A stretch of DNA of 42,935 nucleotides from Polyangiaceae bacterium (GCA_050287085.1 JBNKBE010000034.1:1-42935); one strand, 5' to 3'; counted from the first letter of the stretch, positions 31,336-41,164 are shown. A program made the numbers and translations. Notes: generated by a model from the sequence alone, not told the origin.

Positions 31336-31362
31336 GTTGAGCCTCCTGTCCGGGGGCTCAAC
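31336..31362. terminator. Hairpin between convergent HEAT-lipoprotein and glutaminase genes
   Basis: GTTGAGCCTCC-tgtcc-GGGGGCTCAAC, 11-bp stem. Confidence 0.5.
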
Positions 31363-31376
31363 TCGTATTTGCGGCC

Positions 31377-32390
31377 TCACTTCGCGGAGTCGTGCTCTGA
31401 AGCGTGCAATGGGCTCGACACGCGCGCCGAAAGCCGAGCCCCCAGCTCGGCCCCCGATAGGGCAAAATGCCAGCCCAACGAGCGACTGAGGTGGCGCAGT
31501 AGAACATGGCCGCGCACGCTCCCCCCCTTGCTGTTGATACGCGGACTGCACACGGCAACGCCTGCGACCCCCGGCACAATAGCCACAATGAGGCCGCTTA
31601 CTCCGCTTTTGGCGGGCATGCCTGTGGCCGCAAGATAGTTCCCGCTCTCGTTGTACATCCCGCATGTCGCCATCAACGACACAACCACGGCCACGGTAGA
31701 CGGCCCAAGCACCCTCCGGCCCGTCTTGGTATCGACTCCGCCGTTGGCAAGTAGCCCCACGAAACGGGCTGCGTCCACGACATCGCCGCGAAGGGAGCAC
31801 AAAGCGAAATAGGCTTCGAGTGCGTCGTCGACGTCCCCTGCCAGCACCCCCGTGTGTTTGAGCAGATAAGCAATGGATCGGTTTCGATAGGCCGTTGCCC
31901 GCTCCGAAGCCCTAACCGCCTCGTCGATTGACAGGGACGTTCCGTAGAGGCTCCGTGCCCACCGCAATATCCACTCGATGCGCTCAGCGGCAGCCCCGGA
32001 GAGCAGCCCCGCGAGCGCAATAGCCCCTGCGTTGACCAAGGGATTGGAGGGCAAAGGACCGTCCGTTTCCAACCGCGCGACAGAGGCAAAGTCACGCCCA
32101 GACGGCTCAGAACCCACGGTCTTGAAGACTTCTACGGCCCCCAGTTCCTCCAGCAGACCCGCCAAAAGCAACAGCTTGGCCGTACTCTGAAAGGTAAAAG
32201 TGTGCTGCCCAGCATCACCGCCCGTGACGACTTCACCCGTGACACACGTGATCGCCACCGACAGCAACTCTGCGTCCACGCGCGCCAATTCAGGGATGTA
32301 GTCCGCCGGCGCACCCTCTCGGTTGCGCCGCGCCCTTTCCAAGCCCACGCGCAGTGCCGCGTTGATCGCCTCGTGGTCGTTGGCCAGCAT
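31377..32390 (-). CDS. glsA: Glutaminase A
   Basis: ADYIPELA, QSTAK (SxxK), GSEPSG, NPLVNAGAI, CGMY, PAKSGVSG; start inferred at MLANDH. Confidence 0.92.
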   Translation of the reverse strand: MLANDHEAINAALRVGLERARRNREGAPADYIPELARVDAELLSVAITCVTGEVVTGGDAGQHTFTFQSTAKLLLLAGLLEELGAVEVFKTVGSEPSGRDFASVARLETDGPLPSNPLVNAGAIALAGLLSGAAAERIEWILRWARSLYGTSLSIDEAVRASERATAYRNRSIAYLLKHTGVLAGDVDDALEAYFALCSLRGDVVDAARFVGLLANGGVDTKTGRRVLGPSTVAVVVSLMATCGMYNESGNYLAATGMPAKSGVSGLIVAIVPGVAGVAVCSPRINSKGGSVRGHVLLRHLSRSLGWHFALSGAELGARLSARVSSPLHASEHDSAK

Positions 32391-32514
32391 GCTCTCTGTT
32401 CTAGCGCGTTTCCCTGCCAAGTGCCCAAACCGTAGCAAGGGTCAAAACGACGTCGCGGGCAAAGCCGCTTCCCCCCCGGGCGCGCGAACGCGCGCGCCGC
32501 GTTCTGCCCGCCCG

Positions 32515-33141
32515 CTACTGCGGCAGCGGCGGGTGAATCAGACCGCGCTGCTGCAACGCGGACACAACGTGCTGAGCCAGGGCGCCGTCCAGTCCCGCGA
32601 AGACTTCCAAGACCTCGAGCTTTGGACTGAGCAAATAAGCAGATGACACACCCGGATGAACACCAAATGACGACCGCACGCGTCCCTTAGCGTCTGCTAT
32701 GAGCACATGTGAAAGCTTGTGTTTGGTCGCATATTGGCGCAGCACCAACGTCGGCGCTGGAACGACCCCCAAAGCCATACCAATCTGCCCCTGGAGAGCC
32801 AACCAACTATCGCGCAAGGAATCCGTCGCGGCCGTGCACTCCGGATGTGAAATGTCGGGACAGAAGTAGACAACAAGCGGTAGCTGCGAGAATTCCGACA
32901 GCCGGAAGCGCCGTCCAAAGTGGGCCAGCGCCTCCACGTCGAACGCAACTTCACCCACCGCTAGCGGCGTCGCGCGCACCGGTGCGTCCGTCTTGGGAGC
33001 CCGCGGTGCCGGCGCCGTGGAGACTTGCTTTGCATCGACGTGCGCCCGTTCGCACCCGGCGCTCACCCAAAGCGCCCCGATACAACCCAGAGCGCCCATA
33101 CCCAGTCGAAGTGTACGTCTCACAAGCCTTGCCATCGCCAC
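32515..33141 (-). CDS. Peroxiredoxin/BCP-like thioredoxin-fold lipoprotein (degenerate active site)
   Basis: Lipobox-like SAG-C; VVYFCPDISHPECT...LRD, YATKHKL..LIAD..G..FGV; start overlaps stop of upstream gene. Confidence 0.65.
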   Translation of the reverse strand: MAMARLVRRTLRLGMGALGCIGALWVSAGCERAHVDAKQVSTAPAPRAPKTDAPVRATPLAVGEVAFDVEALAHFGRRFRLSEFSQLPLVVYFCPDISHPECTAATDSLRDSWLALQGQIGMALGVVPAPTLVLRQYATKHKLSHVLIADAKGRVRSSFGVHPGVSSAYLLSPKLEVLEVFAGLDGALAQHVVSALQQRGLIHPPLPQ

Positions 33142-36100
33142 TACTGAATCTTGTACTCACGCAAACGGCGGTAGAACGTGCGGCGCGGGATACCCGCAAG
33201 CTCGGCAGCCCTTACCCGGTTCCAATTCGAGCGCTCCAATGCTTCTATGATGCGTTCTCTTTCGCCCCGACGATGAGCGGAAAGCGTTTCTTCTTTGGGG
33301 CCCAAAGACTTCGTATCTCGTATCGCAGGTGGCGGGCCTGAAGGCGGCCGACTCAGCGGTCGCTGCGGAAACTCGAGGTCGGCTGCCACGATTTCGTCAT
33401 CATCACTCATGACCCACGCACTGAGCAAGACATGCTCGAGCTGCCGCACGTTGCCCGGCCAGGAGTACGTTGCCAACAGCCGTAGGGCATCCTTGCTCAG
33501 ACTGCGCTTGGGCCGCTGGTAGCGAGCCGCAAAGATGCCGAGGAAGTGGTCTACCAGTAACGGCAGGTCATCGAGTCTGTCGCGAAGGGTCGGAAGCTGT
33601 ACCTCTACGACCACGATGCGGTAGTAGAGATCTTCACGGAATGTCCCCGCATCGACCATCTCGCGGAGATTGCGATGGGTGGCGAAGACGAATCGACACG
33701 CGATCGGCTCCTCCTCCGTCCCCCCAACAGGTCTGACCTTGCGCTCTTGAAGCACTCGCAACAGCCCGGCCTGCATCTTATGCGGCATCTCGCCGATTTC
33801 GTCGAGCAACACTGTGCCGGCACCCGCGTCCCGCAACAGCCCTCGCCTCGCCCTATCGGCGCCCGTAAATGCCCCGCGCACGTGTCCAAACAGCTCGCTC
33901 TCGAGCAAGTGCTCCGGAATAGCGCCGCAGTTGACGCCCAGAAAGGGCAGCTTGCCGCGCTCGGAGCCACGGTGCAAAGCGCGGGCTACAAGCTCCTTGC
34001 CCGTGCCGCTCTCTCCCGTGATGAGCACCGGGACCTGGGTGTCTTTGACCCGGTCAATCAGAGCATAACAACGCCGCATGGGATCACTCGTTCCCACGAT
34101 GCCTTGGTAGCCAAAATGACTCAGAATGACATCCCGCACTGCGCGCAACTCACGACGCGTTGCTTTGAGGGACTCGGTGCGCTGCCCCAGCAACTCCTTG
34201 AGCCGAACCTGCGCAGCCTGGAGCTGCTCATTGGCCGTTGCCAACGCCTCCGCGCGTTGCTTGTTCTCGTTGACCAATTGCTGCGTTTCAATTGCCAGCG
34301 CAACCTGGTCGGCAAAAGCGCGTAACGTGGGCAGTTCCCGTTCGAAGCGCTCCCCAGATCGCTGACGGCTCTCCACATAAAGCGCCCCGATCGGGGCACG
34401 CAAGCGCGCCACGATCGGCACGCAGGCGACCGATTCAAGCATCAATTGGTGGACGCTGCGGAAACCCTGAAGACGTGCATCGTCCCGCGCGCGAGCGCTG
34501 ACCACGGGCTCTCGTGAACTGATAACGGACTCCGCGATGGAGCGGGAGAAGTCGAGATGTTCGGCGTCCCCCGCGCGATGGCTCGACGAGTACACTCGAA
34601 GGCCACATTGCTCGTCCTCCAGGATCACGAAACCGCGTTCAGCGTGAACCAACTCCACCGCGTATTCGATCGCTTTTGCCGCCAGCTTTTCGAGATCCAT
34701 CTCACCCAGGAGCTCTTGATTGATATCCAAGAGCCTCGCGAGACGCTGCTCCAACGGCGTTCGCGTATAAGCTGAGATGGGGGAGCTCAAGCTGGTCGAA
34801 TCACCCAATGCCAACTGGGTCGGTGCATGCACCAGCGCGCCTTCCACCGCGCAACGCAAGCGTCGCCGGCGCGGGTCATTCCAAAACACTTCGCGCAGGT
34901 CCCGCGAGAGTCCGGCACCGATCTCCTCGAGAATCGTCACGGCCTCCAGTCGATCGCGACGAGCCGTAACGTGTTGACCGGCTCCCTCCTCCAACTCCGC
35001 TCGGGTTTCCAAGACACGCCAAATCCAGTCGCGCTGATCGGCACCGCGAGCCGCGGCCAGCGCCGTCGCAAGTAGCCCCCGAGCGTGTTCTTCATCCCCA
35101 CCGACCATGGCGACGCGAGCCGCAGCCAACGAGACAAGGGCCCCGTGGGCCTCCGAATCGCCCAAACTAGCGCGCGCGCGATTGACCCGGGATGTCAGTT
35201 CAAGAACGTTGACGCCCTCGACGTGGACCGCGGCTAAGACGCCCTCGAGCTCTGCCTCAGCCGCGCTACTCGCCATGCCCAGATCGACATACGCCTCCGC
35301 GCAGCGGGCAAAGAGCGCCACCGCCTCGGAATAGTGCTCCTGCTTGAGCTCGAGCTCTGCCTGAGAACCGAGTAGCTGCGCCCGGGAAAAACGACTCAGA
35401 GCCTCTTGCTGTCGCAGCAGCGACTCGATCCCGGCCTGTGCGCGCGCCAGGCGCCCCAGGTAGAGGTCAGCGTTGGCGAGCCCAAGCAAAACGAAACGCA
35501 CCGTATTCTTGCGCCCCGAGCGCCGGCCCATATCGAGCGCCGCTTCGAAACACTCCAGGGCTCGCGCCACATCACCCCGAACGCGATGCAGCACACCCAG
35601 GTTCAGCTGCGCCGTACCAAGGGCTCCCGCATCCCCGACGCGCTGAGCACAGGCGACTGCAGCACGATAGGCCGCTTCCGCTTCGTCCAACGCGTCGGCG
35701 CGCTGTTGGATGAGGCCAAGCCCGATATGGGCCAAAGCTTCAACTCGGCCGTCACCGAGAGTACGCGCCCATTCGCTAGCGCGCGTGAGACTGTCGAGCG
35801 CTCCCGCCTGATCCCCAAGATAGTGGAGCGCCAATCCCTCGAACGCCAATGCTTCTGCGCCGATAGCTCCCTTGTCGGTGACCTCGCGTAGAAGCGGCAA
35901 CGCCTCTTCCGAACGGGATAACGCGACCTCGCTGCGGCCAAGCCACACCTTCCAATACTGTGCTTCTGGACTCTCCGCACGCGCTCTGGCCTCTCCCTCG
36001 ACAGCCATCAATTCGTCATAGGCACGGCGACCATCACCCAAGCCGACAAAGAGGCGGGCGCGACTGACCGCAAGCGTTAAGGGATCGCCCGACTCCGCGA

Positions 36101-37541
36101 GCGCCAACGCCTGCTCCGCCTCGTTGTAGCGTCCGCGGTTGAGGTAGGCTACCGCGCGCTCGAGAGCGTTTTCCGGCGTGATGCTCTCGAGCGGAGCTCG
36201 TCGTGCGCCGAGCAATACGTCGTCGATGTCTTCTTCTGACACCACCGGACTGAGAGCCAACAACCCCACTACCCGCCGCAACTCACCAGGTAAGCTGCAC
36301 GCGGCCAACAACACCCTTCGCGCGGTCTTCTCCGTAAGAGACGGAACCGCTCGCTTCAGCAGCTCCAGCGCGGCCGATTCTGTGAGCCGAGGCACCTCAA
36401 AACGATGCAACGGAGCCGCGACCACGTCTTCCGACGGCTCTTCCGCGGACGCCACGACAAGACAAGCTCCCTCAGCGCGGGCCGCTCGCAGCTGCTGCAT
36501 CGCGCGCTCCGATACGCAGGCGACGTCGTCGACGATGATGACCAGGTCCTGCATCGAGGGAAATGCCGACAACTCGCTGGCAAGAGCCTCGGGCGATGCA
36601 GCAAGAAACTCATCCACCCAAACGAGCGGTGTACCCTCCACTCCCAGCGACCAAGCGAGCCTGCGCAGCAACACGGATCGCCCAGAGCCATCTCGTCCGA
36701 CAACCAGTAGTGCTTCGCCCGCGCTAAGCTGATTGGCCGCGCCCACAAGACGCCCGGCAGTTGAATCTATACCCACGATCGGCCAACTGCTGCCAACACG
36801 GTACAAGACGTCACGCGGAGGCAGTCCTGCCGCTCGGCGCAAGGCCGCGGCGAACTCGTCCGCGGATGGGAAGCGGTGCGAGGGCTCGTCATGCGTCGCA
36901 CGACGCACTACCGGCTCTAGCTCGGAGAGCTCCCCGTCGCACTCCCCAGCGATATCGCGCAGCGCAACGCCCAGCGCGTAGACCTCGGCGCGCACCGTCA
37001 GCGGTCCTCCCGCGAGTAACTCAGGAGCGGCGTACTTCGGCGTCAAACCGCTCGCTCGCGACCCAGCTTCCAGAAAATGAGCGGACAGTCCAAGATCAAC
37101 CAGAGTCGCGCCAGCGGCGGTGGCGATGATATTCGCGGGCTTGACATCACCATGCAAGAATCCAGCGCGATGCACTTCGGTGAGCTGTTCAGCCGCCGCA
37201 CACAATACGCCAACGGTTTGGTGCCAGGACGCGCCCTCGCCTATCAGCGTTTCCAAGCTTTGGCCCGGGACCAGATCCCGAATCATGTAGGGCCGCGCGC
37301 TGCGAGCCAGTCGACCGAAACGCAGGACTTCCGGCAATCCAAGACCCTCGAGCCCAGACAGCGCAACAGCCTCTCGAACCAAGGCTGCCCGCTCGTGCTC
37401 CGTGGCCCCTTCGGCGAGAACCTTGAGCGCGTAGGACCGCCCAGTGTGGCGGTCGCGCACGGACCAAACCTCTCCCCCTCCGCCCGAGCCTAGCTGCTCT
37501 ATGGGCTCATAGCGCTGGGGGAAATCCAGCGAGATGCTCAC
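33141..37541 (-). CDS. Ser/Thr kinase – degenerate NTPase – TPR – GAF – sigma54-dependent AAA+ activator – Fis HTH fusion
   Basis: GSGGGG, ALK, HGDVKPAN, DLG, YAAPE; GRDGSGRS/IIVDD; TPR helices; GAF (ACVPI..GALYV); GESGTGKE, GAFTGA, LLDEIG, WPGNVRQL; HTH RAAELAGIPRRTFYRRL. Confidence 0.92.
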   Translation of the reverse strand: MSISLDFPQRYEPIEQLGSGGGGEVWSVRDRHTGRSYALKVLAEGATEHERAALVREAVALSGLEGLGLPEVLRFGRLARSARPYMIRDLVPGQSLETLIGEGASWHQTVGVLCAAAEQLTEVHRAGFLHGDVKPANIIATAAGATLVDLGLSAHFLEAGSRASGLTPKYAAPELLAGGPLTVRAEVYALGVALRDIAGECDGELSELEPVVRRATHDEPSHRFPSADEFAAALRRAAGLPPRDVLYRVGSSWPIVGIDSTAGRLVGAANQLSAGEALLVVGRDGSGRSVLLRRLAWSLGVEGTPLVWVDEFLAASPEALASELSAFPSMQDLVIIVDDVACVSERAMQQLRAARAEGACLVVASAEEPSEDVVAAPLHRFEVPRLTESAALELLKRAVPSLTEKTARRVLLAACSLPGELRRVVGLLALSPVVSEEDIDDVLLGARRAPLESITPENALERAVAYLNRGRYNEAEQALALAESGDPLTLAVSRARLFVGLGDGRRAYDELMAVEGEARARAESPEAQYWKVWLGRSEVALSRSEEALPLLREVTDKGAIGAEALAFEGLALHYLGDQAGALDSLTRASEWARTLGDGRVEALAHIGLGLIQQRADALDEAEAAYRAAVACAQRVGDAGALGTAQLNLGVLHRVRGDVARALECFEAALDMGRRSGRKNTVRFVLLGLANADLYLGRLARAQAGIESLLRQQEALSRFSRAQLLGSQAELELKQEHYSEAVALFARCAEAYVDLGMASSAAEAELEGVLAAVHVEGVNVLELTSRVNRARASLGDSEAHGALVSLAAARVAMVGGDEEHARGLLATALAAARGADQRDWIWRVLETRAELEEGAGQHVTARRDRLEAVTILEEIGAGLSRDLREVFWNDPRRRRLRCAVEGALVHAPTQLALGDSTSLSSPISAYTRTPLEQRLARLLDINQELLGEMDLEKLAAKAIEYAVELVHAERGFVILEDEQCGLRVYSSSHRAGDAEHLDFSRSIAESVISSREPVVSARARDDARLQGFRSVHQLMLESVACVPIVARLRAPIGALYVESRQRSGERFERELPTLRAFADQVALAIETQQLVNENKQRAEALATANEQLQAAQVRLKELLGQRTESLKATRRELRAVRDVILSHFGYQGIVGTSDPMRRCYALIDRVKDTQVPVLITGESGTGKELVARALHRGSERGKLPFLGVNCGAIPEHLLESELFGHVRGAFTGADRARRGLLRDAGAGTVLLDEIGEMPHKMQAGLLRVLQERKVRPVGGTEEEPIACRFVFATHRNLREMVDAGTFREDLYYRIVVVEVQLPTLRDRLDDLPLLVDHFLGIFAARYQRPKRSLSKDALRLLATYSWPGNVRQLEHVLLSAWVMSDDDEIVAADLEFPQRPLSRPPSGPPPAIRDTKSLGPKEETLSAHRRGERERIIEALERSNWNRVRAAELAGIPRRTFYRRLREYKIQ

Positions 37542-37567
37542 TCAACAACCCTCCCAAGGCACCCCAT

Positions 37568-38494
37568 CTAGAGACCGTAGTCCGCTCCGACGCCGAGAAA
37601 TACCCCCGGTGGCAAGAGATTGAGCCCCACCTCCGCATGCATGACGAACTTCTCGTGCATCTTGTAGCGGAGCCCCACCTGACCGGCGAGCCATGGAATG
37701 AGCAGTGGGCTCGCGCCGCCGTCCGCCCAGGACGGCTCCAGATAGTTGTAGTGCCCAACCTCGTCACCATTGCCCACTTCGCACTCCAGAAAAGCCCCCG
37801 GCCCCGGACAGCGCTGGTAGCTGCCTATCCCGCTTTGTCCCGGCGGCAAGTAGGCTTCCGTGCGGCGCATATCGCCAAAAAAGAACCCGAGGCCCAAACC
37901 CCCGCCAAACGTCGCCGACAACCCCGGCGCAAATTCGTCCGTGCTCACGGTGAAGTCAGAGCCGAGATATAAGATGCTCCAATTCGTATCGATGACCTCG
38001 ATGTCGTCGTCTCCCTTGAAAGGCACCCCATCGAGAGTCAGGAACGAAACCATCCCAAAGAGCCCGTACTCGAATCCATCCTCGCGAATGATGAACTCAA
38101 CGCCTGGTGTGTGGGAATAAACGGTCTCCCCGCCCTCGACGAACCAACTCTGGATGGCCTGTGGAATGATTTGGTTTCGGTAACGAGCTCCAAGAAACAA
38201 GTATGTCTTGTTCCGCTCCTCCGTTGCGCCGAAGCCAGCTGACGTGGGCGCGCGCTCAGCCTCGTCCACCTGTGCCCCGCTGACTTCAGCCGCTTCGCCT
38301 CGAGACGAGTCTTCCTCTTCGGCGGCGCGGGTCTCATCATCGCTCTCGCTGCCAAGCTCTTCCTCCCCAGGCTCGCTTGCGGCGTCGGCGGCCTCTTCAG
38401 CAAACACGGGCGCAGGAACAAGAGCCGCTGCAGCAGCGGCCGCCAGCGAAATTCGGGTCATGCGATTTCGGCACAAAACGTGGATTCGGCGCAT
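37568..38494 (-). CDS. Putative outer-membrane beta-barrel protein
   Basis: GGAGA SD before ATG 38494, Ala-rich signal ending VFA, acidic linker, alternating amphipathic strands, C-terminal FLGVGADYGL. Confidence 0.65.
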   Translation of the reverse strand: MRRIHVLCRNRMTRISLAAAAAAALVPAPVFAEEAADAASEPGEEELGSESDDETRAAEEEDSSRGEAAEVSGAQVDEAERAPTSAGFGATEERNKTYLFLGARYRNQIIPQAIQSWFVEGGETVYSHTPGVEFIIREDGFEYGLFGMVSFLTLDGVPFKGDDDIEVIDTNWSILYLGSDFTVSTDEFAPGLSATFGGGLGLGFFFGDMRRTEAYLPPGQSGIGSYQRCPGPGAFLECEVGNGDEVGHYNYLEPSWADGGASPLLIPWLAGQVGLRYKMHEKFVMHAEVGLNLLPPGVFLGVGADYGL

Positions 38495-38643
38495 AGCGTC
38501 TCCGGTTGGATCCAAGGTAAGACCGAACCGTGCCACAGCTCTGTGCCACATGGAAGAGTGATGGCACAAATCGCGCCAAGCGCTCCCGCCCCTTTCAAGA
38601 GCGGAACAATGCGATCCAGGAGGAGCCAGCTCCCGGGACCGGC

Positions 38644-40266
38644 CTAGGCCAGCGGACTGCGCGGATCGACCACCACGCGATTGCGACCCATTTCCTTGGC
38701 TCGATACAGGGCGGCATCCGCGCGGCCAAAAAGCTCCGCCGGATCCCCATCGAACTCGCCGAGCAAGAGGCTAGCTACGCCAACGCTCACCGAAACACGG
38801 ATCAAGCCAGAGGCGGTCGGAACCGTATTGCGTGCGATCGATTCACGGATCCGGTCGGCGACGCCACGCGCCAACAGGGCATCAGCCCCAGGGAAAACCA
38901 GCGCAAATTCCTCCCCGCCAGCGCGTGCCACGAAATCTTGCTCCCGCGCCTTTCTCCGGAGCTGGTCCGCGACCGCACAGAGCACATCGTCGCCAGCGGC
39001 ATGCCCCATGGTGTCGTTGACGCGCTTGAAGTGGTCAATGTCCACCATGGCGACGCTCAGTGGCTCGCGTCGTGCCGCCGCCCGCAGCAGGTATTCCGCA
39101 AGTTGCGCGCGCAACTCTCGTCGGTTGGGCAACCCCGTCAAGGCATCCGTGCTCGCCAGCCGTTTCAGTTGCTCGTTAGCCTCCTGCAGTTCGAGCGCCA
39201 TCACGTCCTTCTCTTCGAGCACGCGCTCCAGCGTCTGCACGACCTCTACGTAGTGGCGCGTCATATCCACGAGCTGATAACGCGCGTCGTTGACGAGACT
39301 GGCGATATTGGGTTGCACTGGAAGATCGCGGATGAAGGTAGACGCCGCCTCTTCGACCTGCGCAGGAAGCGCCTCCAGCACCTGATTGATGTCGTGATCG
39401 TCCAACCCGAGTCGCGAGCCCGCATCATAGGCTCGCTCTCGGTTCAGGGCGATCTCTCCCCCTTCGAAGACCCCCGCGACCCGCTCAGCAGTCCAGGCCA
39501 CCGCCGCCAGAGGCTCGTCCGGCATCTCCCGCGAGTGATGCAGCGCCACAGCTCGCGTGACGCGTGCCGGCAAGCGGTGCTGCTTGGAAAGCTCGGCCCC
39601 CAGCTCTGCATGCGGGGCGCGCCCCAGCGCCCGTTCACGGAGAGCGCGGTCCGCGGCGGGCGTTCCTGCGAGTTCCAGCGCATGACCGATATCGCTGCTA
39701 CCGCCGCACAAAAAGCCCGCATCGAGCAGAAGCCCGATGGTGAAATAGTCGTCCGGAGCATCATCACCCAGGGCCTCCCCGAGCAGGCGGGCAGCCGTCG
39801 CGCGCCGAATGCACTGCGCGACCAATAGATTCCCGTCCGCGCCAGGCGGTGCCAACTCCGAGATCACCATCCCAAGCGCGACGGTGCGGGTTCCCCGAAC
39901 TCCAAGCAAGTTGATCGCCTGCGAGAGCTCGGTAACCTTGCAGGCTCCCGCATAAGCCGCGCTGTTGACCATGCTGAGCAGGCGCATCGCGAAAACGGGG
40001 TCGCTCTTGGCCAGCTTTGATAGCTCCGCCAGCGTAACGCTCTCCTGCACAGCCGCCTGGAGGATCCGGGTAGCCGTAAACGACGTCACCTCGTGCCCCG
40101 AAGGAACTGCAAGCGCTGGCTTGGCGCTCCCCTCTCCTCCTTGACGCCGAGACGACTTAGGAGCGGTTCGCGGCCCTGAGCCCGTCTCATTGGAGCGTGG
40201 CTCCTCGGCAGATGGCTTTGCGGTCCCGGCCAGCTCAGTTTTTGTCAGTCGTGTGGCCGCAGGCAT
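38644..40266 (-). CDS. HDOD-domain diguanylate cyclase (GGEEF)
   Basis: SDPVFAMRLLSMVNS..AINLLG (HDOD), coiled coil, TDALTGLPNRR, DIDHFKRVND, RxxD (REQD) and GGEEF; start inferred at MPAATR. Confidence 0.9.
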   Translation of the reverse strand: MPAATRLTKTELAGTAKPSAEEPRSNETGSGPRTAPKSSRRQGGEGSAKPALAVPSGHEVTSFTATRILQAAVQESVTLAELSKLAKSDPVFAMRLLSMVNSAAYAGACKVTELSQAINLLGVRGTRTVALGMVISELAPPGADGNLLVAQCIRRATAARLLGEALGDDAPDDYFTIGLLLDAGFLCGGSSDIGHALELAGTPAADRALRERALGRAPHAELGAELSKQHRLPARVTRAVALHHSREMPDEPLAAVAWTAERVAGVFEGGEIALNRERAYDAGSRLGLDDHDINQVLEALPAQVEEAASTFIRDLPVQPNIASLVNDARYQLVDMTRHYVEVVQTLERVLEEKDVMALELQEANEQLKRLASTDALTGLPNRRELRAQLAEYLLRAAARREPLSVAMVDIDHFKRVNDTMGHAAGDDVLCAVADQLRRKAREQDFVARAGGEEFALVFPGADALLARGVADRIRESIARNTVPTASGLIRVSVSVGVASLLLGEFDGDPAELFGRADAALYRAKEMGRNRVVVDPRSPLA

Positions 40267-40372
40267 TCCGGTTCTTTGAGAACGGCATCCTGGGCCCAAG
40301 CTTGAATCGACCCAAACACACAGCGGCGTTGCGAGCTCCAAACCACGCCATCCGAGGAGCGGACTGGATCGC

Positions 40373-41155
40373 TCAGTCGCGCAGTCCGAACCCCCGGAGG
40401 CCATCGGTGGCGGCAAAGCCATTGTGACAGTCAGCACAAAAGTCCAAAGTGGGAGCGCCCTCATCCTGCAGCTTCCCAGACGGGCTTCGCCGCTGATAGA
40501 CCCAATCGCGCGTATCCTCATCTGAGCCCGGCGCCCCCTTGATCATCACCATGACGACGTCGACCGTTCCGTCGTTGTCCACGTCCTGATCTTTGATGGC
40601 AACGCTACCCACCGGCGCCGAGAACTCTTCTTCATCCGCCACCAAGCGCAGATTGCTAGAATAATAGATGCGCACGTGGCCGTGGGGGCTTCCGGGCAGT
40701 GCCGGCTTCAAGTCGTCTGCGAGGGTGAAGAACGCATCCGAAGTGCGGAAGTCAGGATCGAATCTGCCCGGTCCCTGCGAATTCGCATCGGACTGAGCGC
40801 CGCCGGCGTCTGCGTCAGGGCTCCCGTCGTCGCTCTGGGTCGCGCCGTCTTGCTCCTGGTATGTGTCGGGCTTGGGCGCATCGACCATGGCTTCATCACC
40901 TGCCACGGACGCATCGGCATCGTTCGCGGGGCGCCCAGGGCGCATGTCTCCAGCATCCAGCGCCCCTTGGGTAGAGCTTGCCCCGCTGTCCATGCCGCCC
41001 TCGTCTGAGTTGGTGCTACAGCCGATGGCGGCGAGTGCGAACAATACCGGTACCCCCCCAAGAACACGGCCGAGAGTCCCGACCCACGTCTGACGCACGG
41101 GGTTGTGGTCTCCAGAGTAACGTGATCGTGGGGTGAAAGGAGGGAGCGGGGTCAT
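40373..41155 (-). CDS. Cytochrome P460-family lipoprotein
   Basis: Lipobox-like AIG-C, acidic DAG-rich linker, PVGSVAIKD, VMVMIK, DWVY, C-terminal CADCH. Confidence 0.75.
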   Translation of the reverse strand: MTPLPPFTPRSRYSGDHNPVRQTWVGTLGRVLGGVPVLFALAAIGCSTNSDEGGMDSGASSTQGALDAGDMRPGRPANDADASVAGDEAMVDAPKPDTYQEQDGATQSDDGSPDADAGGAQSDANSQGPGRFDPDFRTSDAFFTLADDLKPALPGSPHGHVRIYYSSNLRLVADEEEFSAPVGSVAIKDQDVDNDGTVDVVMVMIKGAPGSDEDTRDWVYQRRSPSGKLQDEGAPTLDFCADCHNGFAATDGLRGFGLRD

Positions 41156-41164
41156 GGCGAGCTG

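Noticed and set aside
38562..38576. Plus-strand sigma54 promoter TGGCAC-N7-GC
   Set aside because: Poor -12 context (GCGC) and would only transcribe antisense to the GGDEF gene; treated as part of the repeat motif instead
38530..39828. 432-aa plus-strand ORF
   Set aside because: Antisense to the HDOD-GGDEF gene; no recognisable domain
40267..40521. N-terminal extension of the GGDEF ORF
   Set aside because: Overlaps the P460 gene on the same strand and looks non-coding; ATG 40266 preferred
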